Below are positions 13,227 to 23,229 of a stretch of 64,000 nucleotides of DNA, one piece after another. The position numbers were made by a program, and so were the translations under genes. A model generated the notes under the pieces. That model worked only from the letters and a program-made list of their open reading frames with translations. It made no database searches and had not been told where the DNA came from. Source of the stretch: an uncultured delta proteobacterium (GTDB lineage: Bacteria > Desulfobacterota > Binatia > Binatales > Binataceae); NCBI GenBank assembly GCA_963814035.1, contig CAWFBH010000001.1:337130-401129 (forward strand), given 5' to 3'. Position 1 is the first letter of the stretch, and the number at the start of each line of letters is the position of its first letter.

Positions 13227-14504
13227 TTACTCCTCGGATTTGGCGCGGCTGCTGGTGATGCCGAACATGATTTGCGCGACCCGCCGCATCTGGATTTCCT
13301 CCGAGCCTTCGGTGATGCGATAGCGCCGATGATGCCGAAAGATGTGCTCGAACGGCTTGTGGCGCGAGTATCCGATGGCGCCATGGACCTGCATCGCGCG
13401 GTCGGCCGCGTTGCAGACCAGGCGATTCGCGCGATAGTTGCACATCGCAACTTTGTCCGAGAGGCGCCGCGCCACATCCTGCTTCGGCATCTGGTCCATT
13501 TCCCACGCCGTCTTATGGATCAGCTCGCGCAACATCGCGCATTCGGTATGCAGCTCGACCAATGGCCACTGGATCGCCTGGTTGACTGAGAGTGGCTTAC
13601 CGAAGGGCTTGCGCTCCTTCGCGTACTTTACGCTCTCGTTGACGCAGTACTGCGCCGCGCCGAGCGACGAGGCCGCCTGCCGGATGCGATTCTCATGCAC
13701 AAAGTGTTGCGCGACCGCCAGGCCATTCTCGGGATCGCCGAGGATGGCGTCGGGCTCGGCCGGAATGCGCACATCGATCGACACCCGCGGGTGGTCGGTC
13801 GGCATGTTGAAGGTCCACATGTACTCTTCAACTTTGAAACCCTCGTTCTTGGTCGGCACGATGAAACAGGTGATGCCGCGCGGGCTGCCGTCCTTGCCGC
13901 TGGTGCGGGTGAAAACGAAATCATGGGTCGCGACATGAAGACCGGTGTTCCACATCTTCGCGCCGGTGATATGCCACATATCGCCCTCGCGCACGCCGCG
14001 CGTCTCCATCCAGGTCGCATCGGAGCCGTGATTGGGCTCGGTGAGGCCGAACGCGACGCGCATCGAGCCGTCGAGAATTTTCGGGATGAACTCTTTCTTC
14101 TGTTTCTCGGTGCCGAAGTCGCGGAACATCAGCACGGTCGGCAGATTGCCAACGATGGAGCTCTCGTTCTGCAAATCGTTATGCAGCCCAAGGCCCTTGG
14201 CAGCGAGGTGCTCGCGGATGATCGCCATCGCGAGGTTAGTGCCGTCCTTGCCGCCGTACTCCTTGGGCAGCCCGTAGCGATAGTGTCCGGCCTGGTCAGC
14301 AAGCTTACGCATCTGGCCGAGCAGCGCTTCCCACTCATGGCGCGGGAGGCCCTGATTTTCGAAATCGGTGCGAGCCCATTCGCGGCGATGATCGAAGAAA
14401 CGGATATTGTCGTTCGAGTTCTCGAGCGGCTTGATCACCTTCGCGATGAAATCATCGAGCTCGACGAGATAATCGGAAACATCTTTTGGTATGGCAAAGT
14501 CCAC
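13227..14504 (-). CDS. Acyl-CoA dehydrogenase family protein
   Basis: GLTEPNHGSDATWMETR...ITGAKMWNTG, and the C-terminal helical domain with YRITEGSEEIQ, are typical of ACAD proteins. Confidence 0.9.
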   Translation of the reverse strand: MDFAIPKDVSDYLVELDDFIAKVIKPLENSNDNIRFFDHRREWARTDFENQGLPRHEWEALLGQMRKLADQAGHYRYGLPKEYGGKDGTNLAMAIIREHLAAKGLGLHNDLQNESSIVGNLPTVLMFRDFGTEKQKKEFIPKILDGSMRVAFGLTEPNHGSDATWMETRGVREGDMWHITGAKMWNTGLHVATHDFVFTRTSGKDGSPRGITCFIVPTKNEGFKVEEYMWTFNMPTDHPRVSIDVRIPAEPDAILGDPENGLAVAQHFVHENRIRQAASSLGAAQYCVNESVKYAKERKPFGKPLSVNQAIQWPLVELHTECAMLRELIHKTAWEMDQMPKQDVARRLSDKVAMCNYRANRLVCNAADRAMQVHGAIGYSRHKPFEHIFRHHRRYRITEGSEEIQMRRVAQIMFGITSSRAKSEE

Positions 14505-14681
14505 GGCTTTTCTCCTGTCGCATATTGTCCCCAGACAAGCGTGCGATTATGTCACGATCGAATGCAAGCCGTCATCTGAAATCGTCCCTCGACTACGCTA
14601 CCCTCTGCCTCGGGTACGGCTGCGCCGTGGCGCTTCGCGCCCCCTTCGGGTCTCTATCGACCTGAATGCTAATCTTAGCGG

Positions 14682-15224
14682 ATGCCGCTGCGCGATATTC
14701 TCACTCCGAACCCGCGCCTCTTATTCGTGGGAATTAATCCGAGTCTTCGATCGGAGCAGGTCGGGCATCATTTTGCCAGCCCGGGAAATCCTTTCTGGAA
14801 GTTGCTCTATGCGGCGAAGCTGATTCCCGAGCCGCTCACCTGCGACGATGATAAACGCCTCATCGAATTCAGCATGGCGATGACGAATCTTTGCGCGCGC
14901 GCCTCGCGCTCGGCGGCGGAACTCACGCGCGACGAGATCATCGCCGGTAAAGCCCTCCTCGCAAAAAAGATCAAGCGCGTCCGTCCCGAGGTCGTCGCCT
15001 TCGTCGGACTCAGCATCTACCGCGATTACTTCGGGAAGACTGCGAGTCCGGGCGCTGGCGCCAAGGATGAGCTGATATCGGGCGCGCGGGTTTTCGTGCT
15101 GCCCAACCCCAGCGGCCTCAATGCGAGTTTCCCCGGCTTCAAGCACAAGCTGATTTGGTTCGAGAAACTTCGCGAGTTCATCGAGGCTCAGGAAGTCGAA
15201 GCGGTCGCTGATGCAAAACATTGA
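14682..15224 (+). CDS. mug: G/U mismatch-specific uracil-DNA glycosylase
   Basis: LLFVGINPSLRS...GHHFASPGNPFWKLL...VFVLPNPSGLNA are the Mug/TDG family motifs. Confidence 0.85.
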   Translation: MPLRDILTPNPRLLFVGINPSLRSEQVGHHFASPGNPFWKLLYAAKLIPEPLTCDDDKRLIEFSMAMTNLCARASRSAAELTRDEIIAGKALLAKKIKRVRPEVVAFVGLSIYRDYFGKTASPGAGAKDELISGARVFVLPNPSGLNASFPGFKHKLIWFEKLREFIEAQEVEAVADAKH

Positions 15225-15717
15225 AACCTTCACTACCCCCAGAATGAACGCGGCGCGGATCAGCGAGGCGGACTTCGATGATCTATTTCGGCTGAATCAG
15301 GATCCCGAGGTCGCGAAGACGATGGCCGGCACGCGCGGCGAAGCGGAAACGCACGAGTTCATTCGAGGGAGCATCGAGTAGTGGAAGCTTCACGGATATG
15401 GCTATTGGATCTTTCGCGACCGAGCCGATGGCTGCTTCATCGGGCGCTCCGGGCTTCATCATGTCGAAATCGATGGCGCTCCCGAAATCGAGATCGCGTA
15501 CGCGCTAATGCCGGAATTCTGGCGTCGAGGATTCGCAACGGAGATGGCGCGCGCGATTCTCGATATCGCAACGAAGCTCGGCATCCGCGACCTGGTGGCG
15601 TTCACTCTTCCGACCAACCTGGGGTCGCGTGGCGTGATGGAAAAGGCTGGCTTCCGCTACGAACGCGACATCACCTGGGCCAATCTCCCGCACGTGCTGT
15701 ATCGCAGGAAGACTTGA
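15211..15717 (+). CDS. GNAT-family N-acetyltransferase interrupted by an in-frame TAG at 15379-15381
   Basis: The ATG at 15211 and ORF 15508..15717 are in the same frame. My translation is MQNIETFTTPRMNAARISEADFDDLFRLNQDPEVAKTMAGTRGEAETHEFIRGSIE(stop)WKLHGYGYWIFRDRADGCFIGRSGLHHVEIDGAPEIEIAYALMPEFWRRGFATEMA.... This is the RimJ/RimL-like GNAT layout. Confidence 0.7.
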
Positions 15718-15732
15718 ATCTCTATGTCGCTG

Positions 15733-16878
15733 CTAACACGCGGCAAGCATCGCGGTGAGCTGGCGATCGGAGCTGAACAAGTCCTCGGCGAGCTCGCGCG
15801 CCCACCGGCTGTGGAGCGGATAGTTACCGTCGATTTCGGCCACGCCGGCGCGCGCTTCATCAATATCGCGAAAATCGAGGACGCCGCGGCCGGTTGGGAT
15901 GTATTGGCTGAAGCCTGTCTCCTCGGCGAGGACCGGCCGCCCCAGCGCCATGTAGCAAACGCTGCGATCGCTGAACCATCCGGTATTCATCTCGCGAAAG
16001 ATCGGCTTGGGGCACAAAATCTCGGCGCGCGAGGCACGCAGGTACTCGCGATAGGCCTCGGGCGTCGGCACCACCTCATGCGGATTCGCCACCCGCCATC
16101 CGCCGGAGATTAGCGTCTCGCGATCATGCATCGGGTCGGTCTCGCCGATGTTGGTCGCCAGCTCGAAGGGACGTCCCGTCCGATTCGGCAGGTCCACATA
16201 ACGCATGTATGCGGCCCGTTTCGATGCGCTCAGCCCGCGGCCCTGGTAGGAAAGTTCTTCCCACGTCCATTGCGTGATCGAGGTGAACGGCGCATCACGG
16301 CCGGGATCGGAAGCCAGGTCCCACATCGGCAGATAAACGAAGGGCAAAAACGTTCGCCAGGTGAGACCGAGAGTCGGCACCTCGCAATCGGGGTCGGGAA
16401 GATTCGCGCCGACACTCAGATGAACGTCGTGCTCTTTGAGGCCGAACTCGAACTGCGTGGCAATGATTTGCAGATGACCGGGGTCGACATCGATCAGAGC
16501 CTTGCGGCGGAAGCGCGATAGAAACGGCGGATGGATGGTGCTCGCGAGGTTCCACAGCAGATCGGCGCTGCGCACGGTGTCGTAGACGGTCAGAGCGGGG
16601 CGGCCGTAGATCTCAGCGCGGCCGAGCTCCTGGATTTCAATATCCTCGAACACCAGCACGGCGGCATGTCCCGAAAGTCCGTACGGCCCGATGCGCGCGA
16701 GAAAATCGTTGGCGAGCTTAGCGTCGTGCGCACGGTCGCCCGAGGACTTCATCAACTCGAGCCAGAAAATGTTGTGACCGAGCGCGCGCAGGCCCATCGG
16801 ATATTGCAGCATCCAGGCCCAGACCCCGCCGCCGAGCGGGTAGCTCGCAAGCGTGCGACTAGCGATGGCGATTAACAT
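15733..16878 (-). CDS. Hypothetical protein with a GT1/CgeB-like glycosyltransferase C-terminal domain
   Basis: The C-terminal region (WFSDRSVCYMALGRPVLAEETGFSQYIPTGRGVLDFRDIDEARAGV) resembles the Glyco_trans_1_2 type. The N-terminal half was not recognised. Confidence 0.4.
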   Translation of the reverse strand: MLIAIASRTLASYPLGGGVWAWMLQYPMGLRALGHNIFWLELMKSSGDRAHDAKLANDFLARIGPYGLSGHAAVLVFEDIEIQELGRAEIYGRPALTVYDTVRSADLLWNLASTIHPPFLSRFRRKALIDVDPGHLQIIATQFEFGLKEHDVHLSVGANLPDPDCEVPTLGLTWRTFLPFVYLPMWDLASDPGRDAPFTSITQWTWEELSYQGRGLSASKRAAYMRYVDLPNRTGRPFELATNIGETDPMHDRETLISGGWRVANPHEVVPTPEAYREYLRASRAEILCPKPIFREMNTGWFSDRSVCYMALGRPVLAEETGFSQYIPTGRGVLDFRDIDEARAGVAEIDGNYPLHSRWARELAEDLFSSDRQLTAMLAAC

Positions 16879-16995
16879 TTAGGGAAGGCACCGAACAGCG
16901 GCATGCCTGGAATGATACCCGTTCCCATGCACTGCGTCACAACCATCTAGCGAGGAATTCCGCCCCACCGCGCTGATTGCTACCGACAAGTCACA

Positions 16996-17496
16996 TCACA
17001 CATCGCATTCGAGGTGGATATCTTCAGGTTCGCGCTCGAACAGCATCTGATCAGGCGTATTGGTAACTCTACAACCCAAACGCAGATAGAAGTTAATCGT
17101 GTTCCTCGAGGGCGTGGCCGAGATGTAGAGTCGCCGCGCGCCTCGCTCGCGCGCGGTAGTTCTGGCGAGTTGAAACAGCTTCGCGCCCATCCCGTGATTC
17201 CGATACGCGCTGCTGACGTGAAGGGATTCGAGCTGGAGTTGATCCATCTGTTTGCCGATGCGCTTGCTGTCGAGGACCACGACTCCCACCAGTTTCGCGC
17301 GATCGAATTCGCCGTAGAACCATCCGCCGCGGTCAAAGCAATCGAGCAGGATTGGCGTATATTTCTCCGCTTCGCCGGGGGGCAAGCCGGAGACAACGCG
17401 GTGCTCGGGTATGAGTATCAACGCGCCGTTTCGAAGATAATAAACCCCGTCGATTACTTCGCTTCGATCGATGGTCCAGACCTGCGCGAATCTCAT
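16996..17496 (-). CDS. GNAT-family acetyltransferase
   Basis: LHVSSAYRNHGMGAKLFQLARTTARERGARRLYISATPSRNTINFYLRLGC matches the acetyl-CoA binding motif A region. Confidence 0.8.
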   Translation of the reverse strand: MRFAQVWTIDRSEVIDGVYYLRNGALILIPEHRVVSGLPPGEAEKYTPILLDCFDRGGWFYGEFDRAKLVGVVVLDSKRIGKQMDQLQLESLHVSSAYRNHGMGAKLFQLARTTARERGARRLYISATPSRNTINFYLRLGCRVTNTPDQMLFEREPEDIHLECDV

Positions 17497-17534
17497 CGCG
17501 GAGCAATTGCCTACCGACAGTTATCATCCTTGGG

Positions 17535-18395
17535 TTACTTCTCGAGGAACTCGCGCAGCAGGCGCGCGAGCTCTTCGGGCCGCTCCTCGGGAATGAAATG
17601 TCCACAATCGGCGATCGCGCCGCCCTCCGCGCGCATGGCCACGCGACGCAGTGACTGGACGATAAGATCACCGCGGCCTCGGCTGCCGCCGCCTCCGATC
17701 CCGAGCGTCGGCATCGGCAGTTTGAAGCCGGTCGCGAGGAGTTCGCGGTTGTCGGCCACATCTTGTGGCAGCGCGCGATAGAAGTTGAACCCGGCCCGCA
17801 TCGCGCCGGGTTGCGAATAGGTGCGCACGTATTCCGCGATGTCGGCTTCGTTGAACACCCCCGCCTGATCGGTGCCGGCCATGAAAAACCATTCGAGGTA
17901 GATGCGCTCGCGGCCATAGACCAGCGCTTCGGGCAGGTCGGGCACCTGATGGAACATATGATGCCATCGCGCCCCGCCGGCGAGCGCCGCGCCAGCAGGC
18001 ATGTCGCCAGGCACGGGCGCATCGAGCATCGCGAGATGCGTGACCGCATCGGGATGATCGGCGGTGAGCCGAAACGCGGTCGGGGCACCCCAATCATGAC
18101 CGACCACATCGAAATGCTCGAAGCCTAGATGCTCGTGCATCAGGTTCCAAAGATCGCCCGCGACTGTTTTCTTGTCGTAGCCTTTCGAGGGGCGCGAAGA
18201 ATCTCCGAGCCCTCGCAAGTCGGGCGCGACCAGAAAGAACTTGTCGGCGAGGAGCGGCATGACGCGGCGCCATTCGTACCAGGTCTGCGGCCATCCGTGG
18301 ATGAGAATGACGGGTTTGCCTTTGCCGAGCGTGACGTAATGAAGCCGCACGCCTTTGAGATTGGCGTAGTGATGTTGGAAATCGGGAGTGCTCAT
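17535..18395 (-). CDS. Alpha/beta hydrolase, epoxide hydrolase / haloalkane dehalogenase-like
   Basis: It has the HGWP oxyanion motif (VILIHGWPQTWYEW), the nucleophile motif GHDWGA, and a C-terminal His context (CGHFIPEE). Confidence 0.85.
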   Translation of the reverse strand: MSTPDFQHHYANLKGVRLHYVTLGKGKPVILIHGWPQTWYEWRRVMPLLADKFFLVAPDLRGLGDSSRPSKGYDKKTVAGDLWNLMHEHLGFEHFDVVGHDWGAPTAFRLTADHPDAVTHLAMLDAPVPGDMPAGAALAGGARWHHMFHQVPDLPEALVYGRERIYLEWFFMAGTDQAGVFNEADIAEYVRTYSQPGAMRAGFNFYRALPQDVADNRELLATGFKLPMPTLGIGGGGSRGRGDLIVQSLRRVAMRAEGGAIADCGHFIPEERPEELARLLREFLEK

Positions 18396-18424
18396 GGTGA
18401 CGTTCCTTTAAGGCTCTGCGCGGT

Positions 18425-19696
18425 TCAGACCTGACCCCTAACCCCTTCCCCTGAAGTGGAAGGAGAACCGGATAACGCAGAGAAGTCGCGAGGGGAGTTT
18501 CCAGCTAATGGCAGCAGCGCGAGGTAGGAGGCTAGTCCCGTGGTTAGCGAGAATGCGATCGCCCATCGATAGCCACTGTGCCCGATGATGAAGCCTGCCA
18601 CCGGCGGGCCCATCAGCACGCCGACGCCACCGCTGGTGTACAGCGCACCGAGTAAGCTGCCGAGACGCTGCGTGCCGTAGAAATGCGCCAGTACCGCGGG
18701 CGACAACGCGACGTATCCGCCATAGCCGACGCCGAGGACCAGGGCGAACACGACCAACATCGCGTAGGAATTCGCGACCAGCCACAGGATGAAGCTGCAT
18801 CCGACTACCAGGTAGCAGAGCTGATAGAGCCGCACGACGCCAAGACGATCGGCGATTGCCCCGAGACCCGTTCGCCCTACTACACTGGCGCCGCCGATGA
18901 GTCCGACCAAGGTCGCGGCGGCGACCTCGCTCGCGCCATGATCGCGCGCGAAGGCGGGAAGGAACACGAACGGCGTGAACAGCCCCATTGAGGAGAGCAC
19001 CGCGGAGAAATAGAGCAACTTGAAGGCGCGGGTTCCGATCGCCTCGCGGAGGTTGAAGGGCGCCATCGCGACATGCACCGGCGGACGTTTCACGACCAAG
19101 GCGCATCCGAGCAGGACCACCGCACTCACCACACCGAGCACGATGAAGGTTTCGCGCCATCCAAGGTGCTGAATCAATGCGGCATTGATGGGCGCCACGA
19201 ATAGCGTGCCGCATCCGATGCCGGCCACCGCGATGCCGAGTGCGGTGTTGCGTCGATGCAGGAACCATCCGCCGACCACGGCGACGGTCGGCACGTATCC
19301 GCACGCGATGCCGAGACCGACGCCAACGCCGTAGGTGAGATAGGCGATCCACAAGTGGTGGATCGAGGCAGTCATCAGCAGACCGATGCCGATCGCGATG
19401 GCTCCGACGATGATAACCGGCCGTGGGCCCCAGCGATCGGCGAGGTGTCCGCTCGGCCAGCCAAGCAGGCCCCAGACGAAGACGGTGGTAGAAAAAACCG
19501 CGGAGGTGGCGCCGGGGCCGGCGCCGAACTCGCGCGCCATCGGTTTGAAGAAGGCGCCGAAGCTGTAGGCGACCCCATAGACGGTGAAGAGCGCGACGAA
19601 GGAGACGCCAACCATGAGCCACGCCGTGGGTGAATCGAGCTGTGAGACGGCGGCCTGGAAGTCAGCGTCGGCAGATTGCGCGGCAGAGGAACTCAT
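18425..19696 (-). CDS. MFS transporter
   Basis: About 12 predicted TM helices. The loop 2-3 motif GHLADRWGPRP is typical of MFS transporters. Confidence 0.85.
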   Translation of the reverse strand: MSSSAAQSADADFQAAVSQLDSPTAWLMVGVSFVALFTVYGVAYSFGAFFKPMAREFGAGPGATSAVFSTTVFVWGLLGWPSGHLADRWGPRPVIIVGAIAIGIGLLMTASIHHLWIAYLTYGVGVGLGIACGYVPTVAVVGGWFLHRRNTALGIAVAGIGCGTLFVAPINAALIQHLGWRETFIVLGVVSAVVLLGCALVVKRPPVHVAMAPFNLREAIGTRAFKLLYFSAVLSSMGLFTPFVFLPAFARDHGASEVAAATLVGLIGGASVVGRTGLGAIADRLGVVRLYQLCYLVVGCSFILWLVANSYAMLVVFALVLGVGYGGYVALSPAVLAHFYGTQRLGSLLGALYTSGGVGVLMGPPVAGFIIGHSGYRWAIAFSLTTGLASYLALLPLAGNSPRDFSALSGSPSTSGEGVRGQV

Positions 19697-19814
19697 TAGC
19701 GTAGCTAATATATAGCCGCACCAACATGACCTCGGTCATGAGGTAGCTGAGGGGCGTATGGGCTGTATGAACCTGAATAGTGGAGTTCGTTCACAGCATC
19801 ATAGCGCCATTACT

Positions 19815-20105
19815 TCAATGCGACACCACCGGAGCCGAGGCCGCGGCGTTGGAAGCAGCCGGCTCATCGGGGCAAGCGCCGTCGTCGCAAGCGCAGGTGG
19901 TGCCGGCATTCGCGCTAGTATAGGTGCTGCACCAGTCAGTGCAGTTGCCGCGGTTGTCGTCGGTCCCGGTGAAGTTCTTGCACTTGGCGACAGCGGCGCC
20001 TGCTGGTCCTTCGGTGTAGTTCCCGTGACGATCGATGTCGGTGGCGAATGCCGGTCCGGCGAAGAGCGCGATCACAATAGCGACGGCCAATACGCGATGA
20101 GTCAT
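19815..20105 (-). CDS. Small secreted cysteine-rich protein
   Basis: The signal peptide is MTHRVLAVAIVIALFAGPAFA. The mature part of about 75 aa has 6 Cys (KCKNF, GNCTDWC, TTCACDDGACPDEP). Confidence 0.5.
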   Translation of the reverse strand: MTHRVLAVAIVIALFAGPAFATDIDRHGNYTEGPAGAAVAKCKNFTGTDDNRGNCTDWCSTYTSANAGTTCACDDGACPDEPAASNAAASAPVVSH

Positions 20106-20236
20106 ATTTCTCCCGCGGCAGAGGCGTTAGATGCGCCCGTGTCGCAATACCATTGCCGCGACCGTAGCAATGTTCAATCGATTTACCAAACGAGCCGCGC
20201 TAACAATTATTCTCAACTCAACTTAAGCGAGGTGTA

Positions 20237-20948
20237 ATGATGAATGGACGCGACACATCAATCATCGCGAGCGACGGCGGCAAGTTCAGCGGCTATCTCA
20301 GTATGCCCAAAAGCGCGAAGGCTCCTGGGGTGGTGATCATCCAGGAGATTTTCGGCGTCAATGACCACATCCGCGAAGTCGTCGATGAATACGCCGCGGC
20401 CGGTTACGTCGCCCTCGCACCCGATATGTTCTGGCGCATCGAACCAAACGTGCAGCTCGGCTATACGCCCGAGGACGTGCAGAAGGCGCGCGCTTACCGG
20501 CCCAAATTCAACCTCGATCTCGGAGTGCGCGACATCGAATCGACCATCCGCACGATGCGCGCAATGCCCGAATGCGACGGCAAGGTCGCTGTGGTTGGCT
20601 ACTGCTTCGGCGGGCTGATGGCGTATCTCACGGCCGCACGCACCGATGTAATGGCGGCCCTCGTGCTACTACGGTGGCGGAATCGATAGCTTCATCGGCG
20701 AGGCAAACGCGGTGAAGTGTCCGATCCAGTTTCACTTCGGCGAGAAGGACGCCGCAATTCCCGCCGAGGTATGGGATAAGGTTCGGACCGCATTCGCGAA
20801 TCGCGCGGATGCCGAGGTCTTCGTGTACGCGGGCGCGCAGCATGGCTTCAATTGCACCAAGCGCGCGTCATTCGATCCGGCGGCCTCGAAACTCGCGGGC
20901 TCGCGAACCCTGGAGCTGCTGCGCAAGACGGTCGGCCCGCACGCCTGA
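20237..20948 (+). CDS. Dienelactone hydrolase family protein, one frame break near 20650
   Basis: GVVIIQEIFGVNDHIR...VAVVGYCFGG in ORF 20237..20689 is the nucleophile elbow. The C-terminal part, with FHFGEKD...GAQHGF, is in ORF 20712..20948 in another frame. Confidence 0.85.
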
Positions 20949-21002
20949 ACCCGAATCCATCGCCGATAGCGGCGCTGCGCTTCATTCGGTAACCTCGCCG
21001 CT

Positions 21003-21587
21003 ATGGCGATAAATCGAGTCTGCGTCTACTGCGCTTCGAGCCGACAATGCGATCGGATTTACTATGACGCTGCCGCGCATCTTGGCGCGGTGCTCGCACA
21101 CCATCACGTCACCATCGTATATGGCGGCGGCAAATCCGGTTCGATGGGAGCGCTGGCCGATGCGGCTTTGGCAGAAGGTGGCCGCGTGATCGGGGTGCTG
21201 CCGCGATTTATGGATGAGGTCGAATGGGGCCACCAGCGCCTGAGCGAATTGATCCTCGTCAACGATATGCACGAACGCAAACGCCTCATGATCCAGGAGG
21301 TCGATGCGGTCATCGCGCTGCCGGGCGGGTGCGGCACCTGGGAGGAACTCTTCGAGGCGATGAGCTTCAAGCGCCTGGGCCTCTTCACCGGGCCGATCGT
21401 CATCGTCAACACGAACCAGTACTACGCTCCGATGCTTGAGATGCTCGATCGCTCGGTGGACTACCACTTCATGGATGAACGCCATCGCGCGATGTGGGTG
21501 GTGGTAGAGGACGCGGAGCAGGTTCTCGATGCGATTCGAAATTCACCGCCCTGGAGTGCGGCCAATCGCAGCTTTGCCGCAAGCTGA
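21003..21587 (+). CDS. LOG-family (TIGR00730-type) nucleotide phosphoribohydrolase
   Basis: The family hallmarks are IVYGGGKSGSMGALADAAL and ALPGGCGTWEELFEA (the PGGxGTxEE motif). Confidence 0.85.
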   Translation: MAINRVCVYCASSRQCDRIYYDAAAHLGAVLAHHHVTIVYGGGKSGSMGALADAALAEGGRVIGVLPRFMDEVEWGHQRLSELILVNDMHERKRLMIQEVDAVIALPGGCGTWEELFEAMSFKRLGLFTGPIVIVNTNQYYAPMLEMLDRSVDYHFMDERHRAMWVVVEDAEQVLDAIRNSPPWSAANRSFAAS

Positions 21588-21629
21588 TTTGTTGCGACAT
21601 CGCCTCACTGTCGCTAGCTTTTAGATGAA

Positions 21630-23217
21630 ATGAAACAACTCCAGGTCTTGGCCGTGGTCTTGTTCGCGTTTGCGATTTATCCGGCCGCTGCTGCCCCATC
21701 CCCAATTCCGGGAATCTTCACCTATCATTACGATAACGCGCGCGACGGACAGAACCTCAATGAGACGATTCTCACTCCGGCCAACGTCAACAAGAATGCC
21801 TTCGGCAAATTGTTCTCCCGGGCGGTTGACGGCTATGTGTATGCGGAGCCGTTGTATGTGAATAGCGTGCAGATTCCAAATCTCGGCGCGCGCGAAGTGG
21901 TTTATGTAGCCACCGAGCACGACAGCATGTACGCCTTCGATGCGACCGGTGCCATGTCCAAGCCGTTTTGGCGAGTCAGTTTCATCAATCCGAAAAAAGG
22001 AATCAGGACAGTGCCATGGAGTACGGTCGGGACTCAGGACCTGGTTCCGGAAATCGGGATCACTGGGACCCCCGTCATCGACCCAGCTTCCAACACCTTG
22101 TACGTGTCTGTCGCGACACTCGAAAAGAGAACGTTCTTCCATCGGCTGCACGCACTCGACCTCTCGACCGGCACGGAGAAGTTCGGCGGCCCGGTCGTGA
22201 TTAGCGCCTCGATACCAGGCACCGGCGACGGCAGCGACGCAAACGGGAACCTCAATTTCATTCCACAGATCGCCAATCAGCGGAGCGGCCTCGCGCTGAA
22301 CAACGGCGTCGTCTATGTCTCCTTCGCGTCGCACGGCGACAACGGCCAGTACCACGGTTGGATACTCGGTTACGACGCATCGACGCTTCAGCAGGTGGCC
22401 GTTTTCAATCCGACTCCCAATGGCTTCCAGGGCGGCATCTGGATGGCCGGCGGTGCGCCGGTGATAAACGATCAAGGCGATTTCTTCGTCGCGATCGGAA
22501 ATGGAACTTTCGATGCCAATATGGACGATGGTCTCGACTATGGGGACAGCCTTGTGAAGCTGGGGCCGACTGATGGTTCTAATTTCGGAGTAGTCGATTA
22601 TTTCACCCCGTACGATCAAGCGACTCTGGACGAGTTGGATATCGACTACGGCGCGAGCGGAGTCATCGCACTACCCGATCAAACAGTGGGGCCACTCCAT
22701 CTTCTGTTCAGCGGCAGCAAAGAAGGCACGCTCTACCTCCTCGACGCCGATAACCTGGGACACTTCCACGCGGATGACGATAGCCAGGTCGTCCAATCAA
22801 TCGCCGGTGAAACCATGGGAGAATGGTCCACGCCGGCATATTTCAACGGAACGAATCTATGTCGATGGTGAGTCCGACAACCTGAAGGCCTTCAGTTTGA
22901 CGAACGGACAACTCTCAACCTCGCCGGTCAGCATCTCGAATAATGACTTCGGCTACCCCGGCGCCACCCCAGTGGTCTCCGCCAACGGCACGCAAAACGG
23001 CATTGTGTGGGCAATCGCAAACGCAGGCACGGCCGTCCTGCACGCCTACGATGCGACTGATCTAACGAAAGAGCTCTACAACAGCTCGCAGAAGAAGGCG
23101 CGCGACGGGATCAGCGGCTTCGTCAAATTCTCTGTTCCGACCGTAGCAAACGGACGCGTGTTCGTCGGCTCACAAAAGCGGCTTACCGCGTTCGGACTGC
23201 TCCCACCGAAGAGATAG
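21630..23217 (+). CDS. Secreted PQQ-like beta-propeller repeat protein, one frame break near 22850
   Basis: It has the signal peptide MKQLQVLAVVLFAFAIYPAAAAP and repeated propeller-blade patterns (VYVATEHDSMYAFDA, LYVSVATL, VVYVSFASHGD). The C-terminus continues in ORF 22774..23217. Confidence 0.6.
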
Positions 23218-23229
23218 GTGAACCGATTG

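Noticed and set aside
15379-15381. The in-frame TAG in the GNAT gene as pyrrolysine or programmed readthrough.
   Set aside because: There is no pyl machinery or recoding signal in view, TAG is used as an ordinary stop elsewhere in the window, and a single substitution or base-call error explains it.
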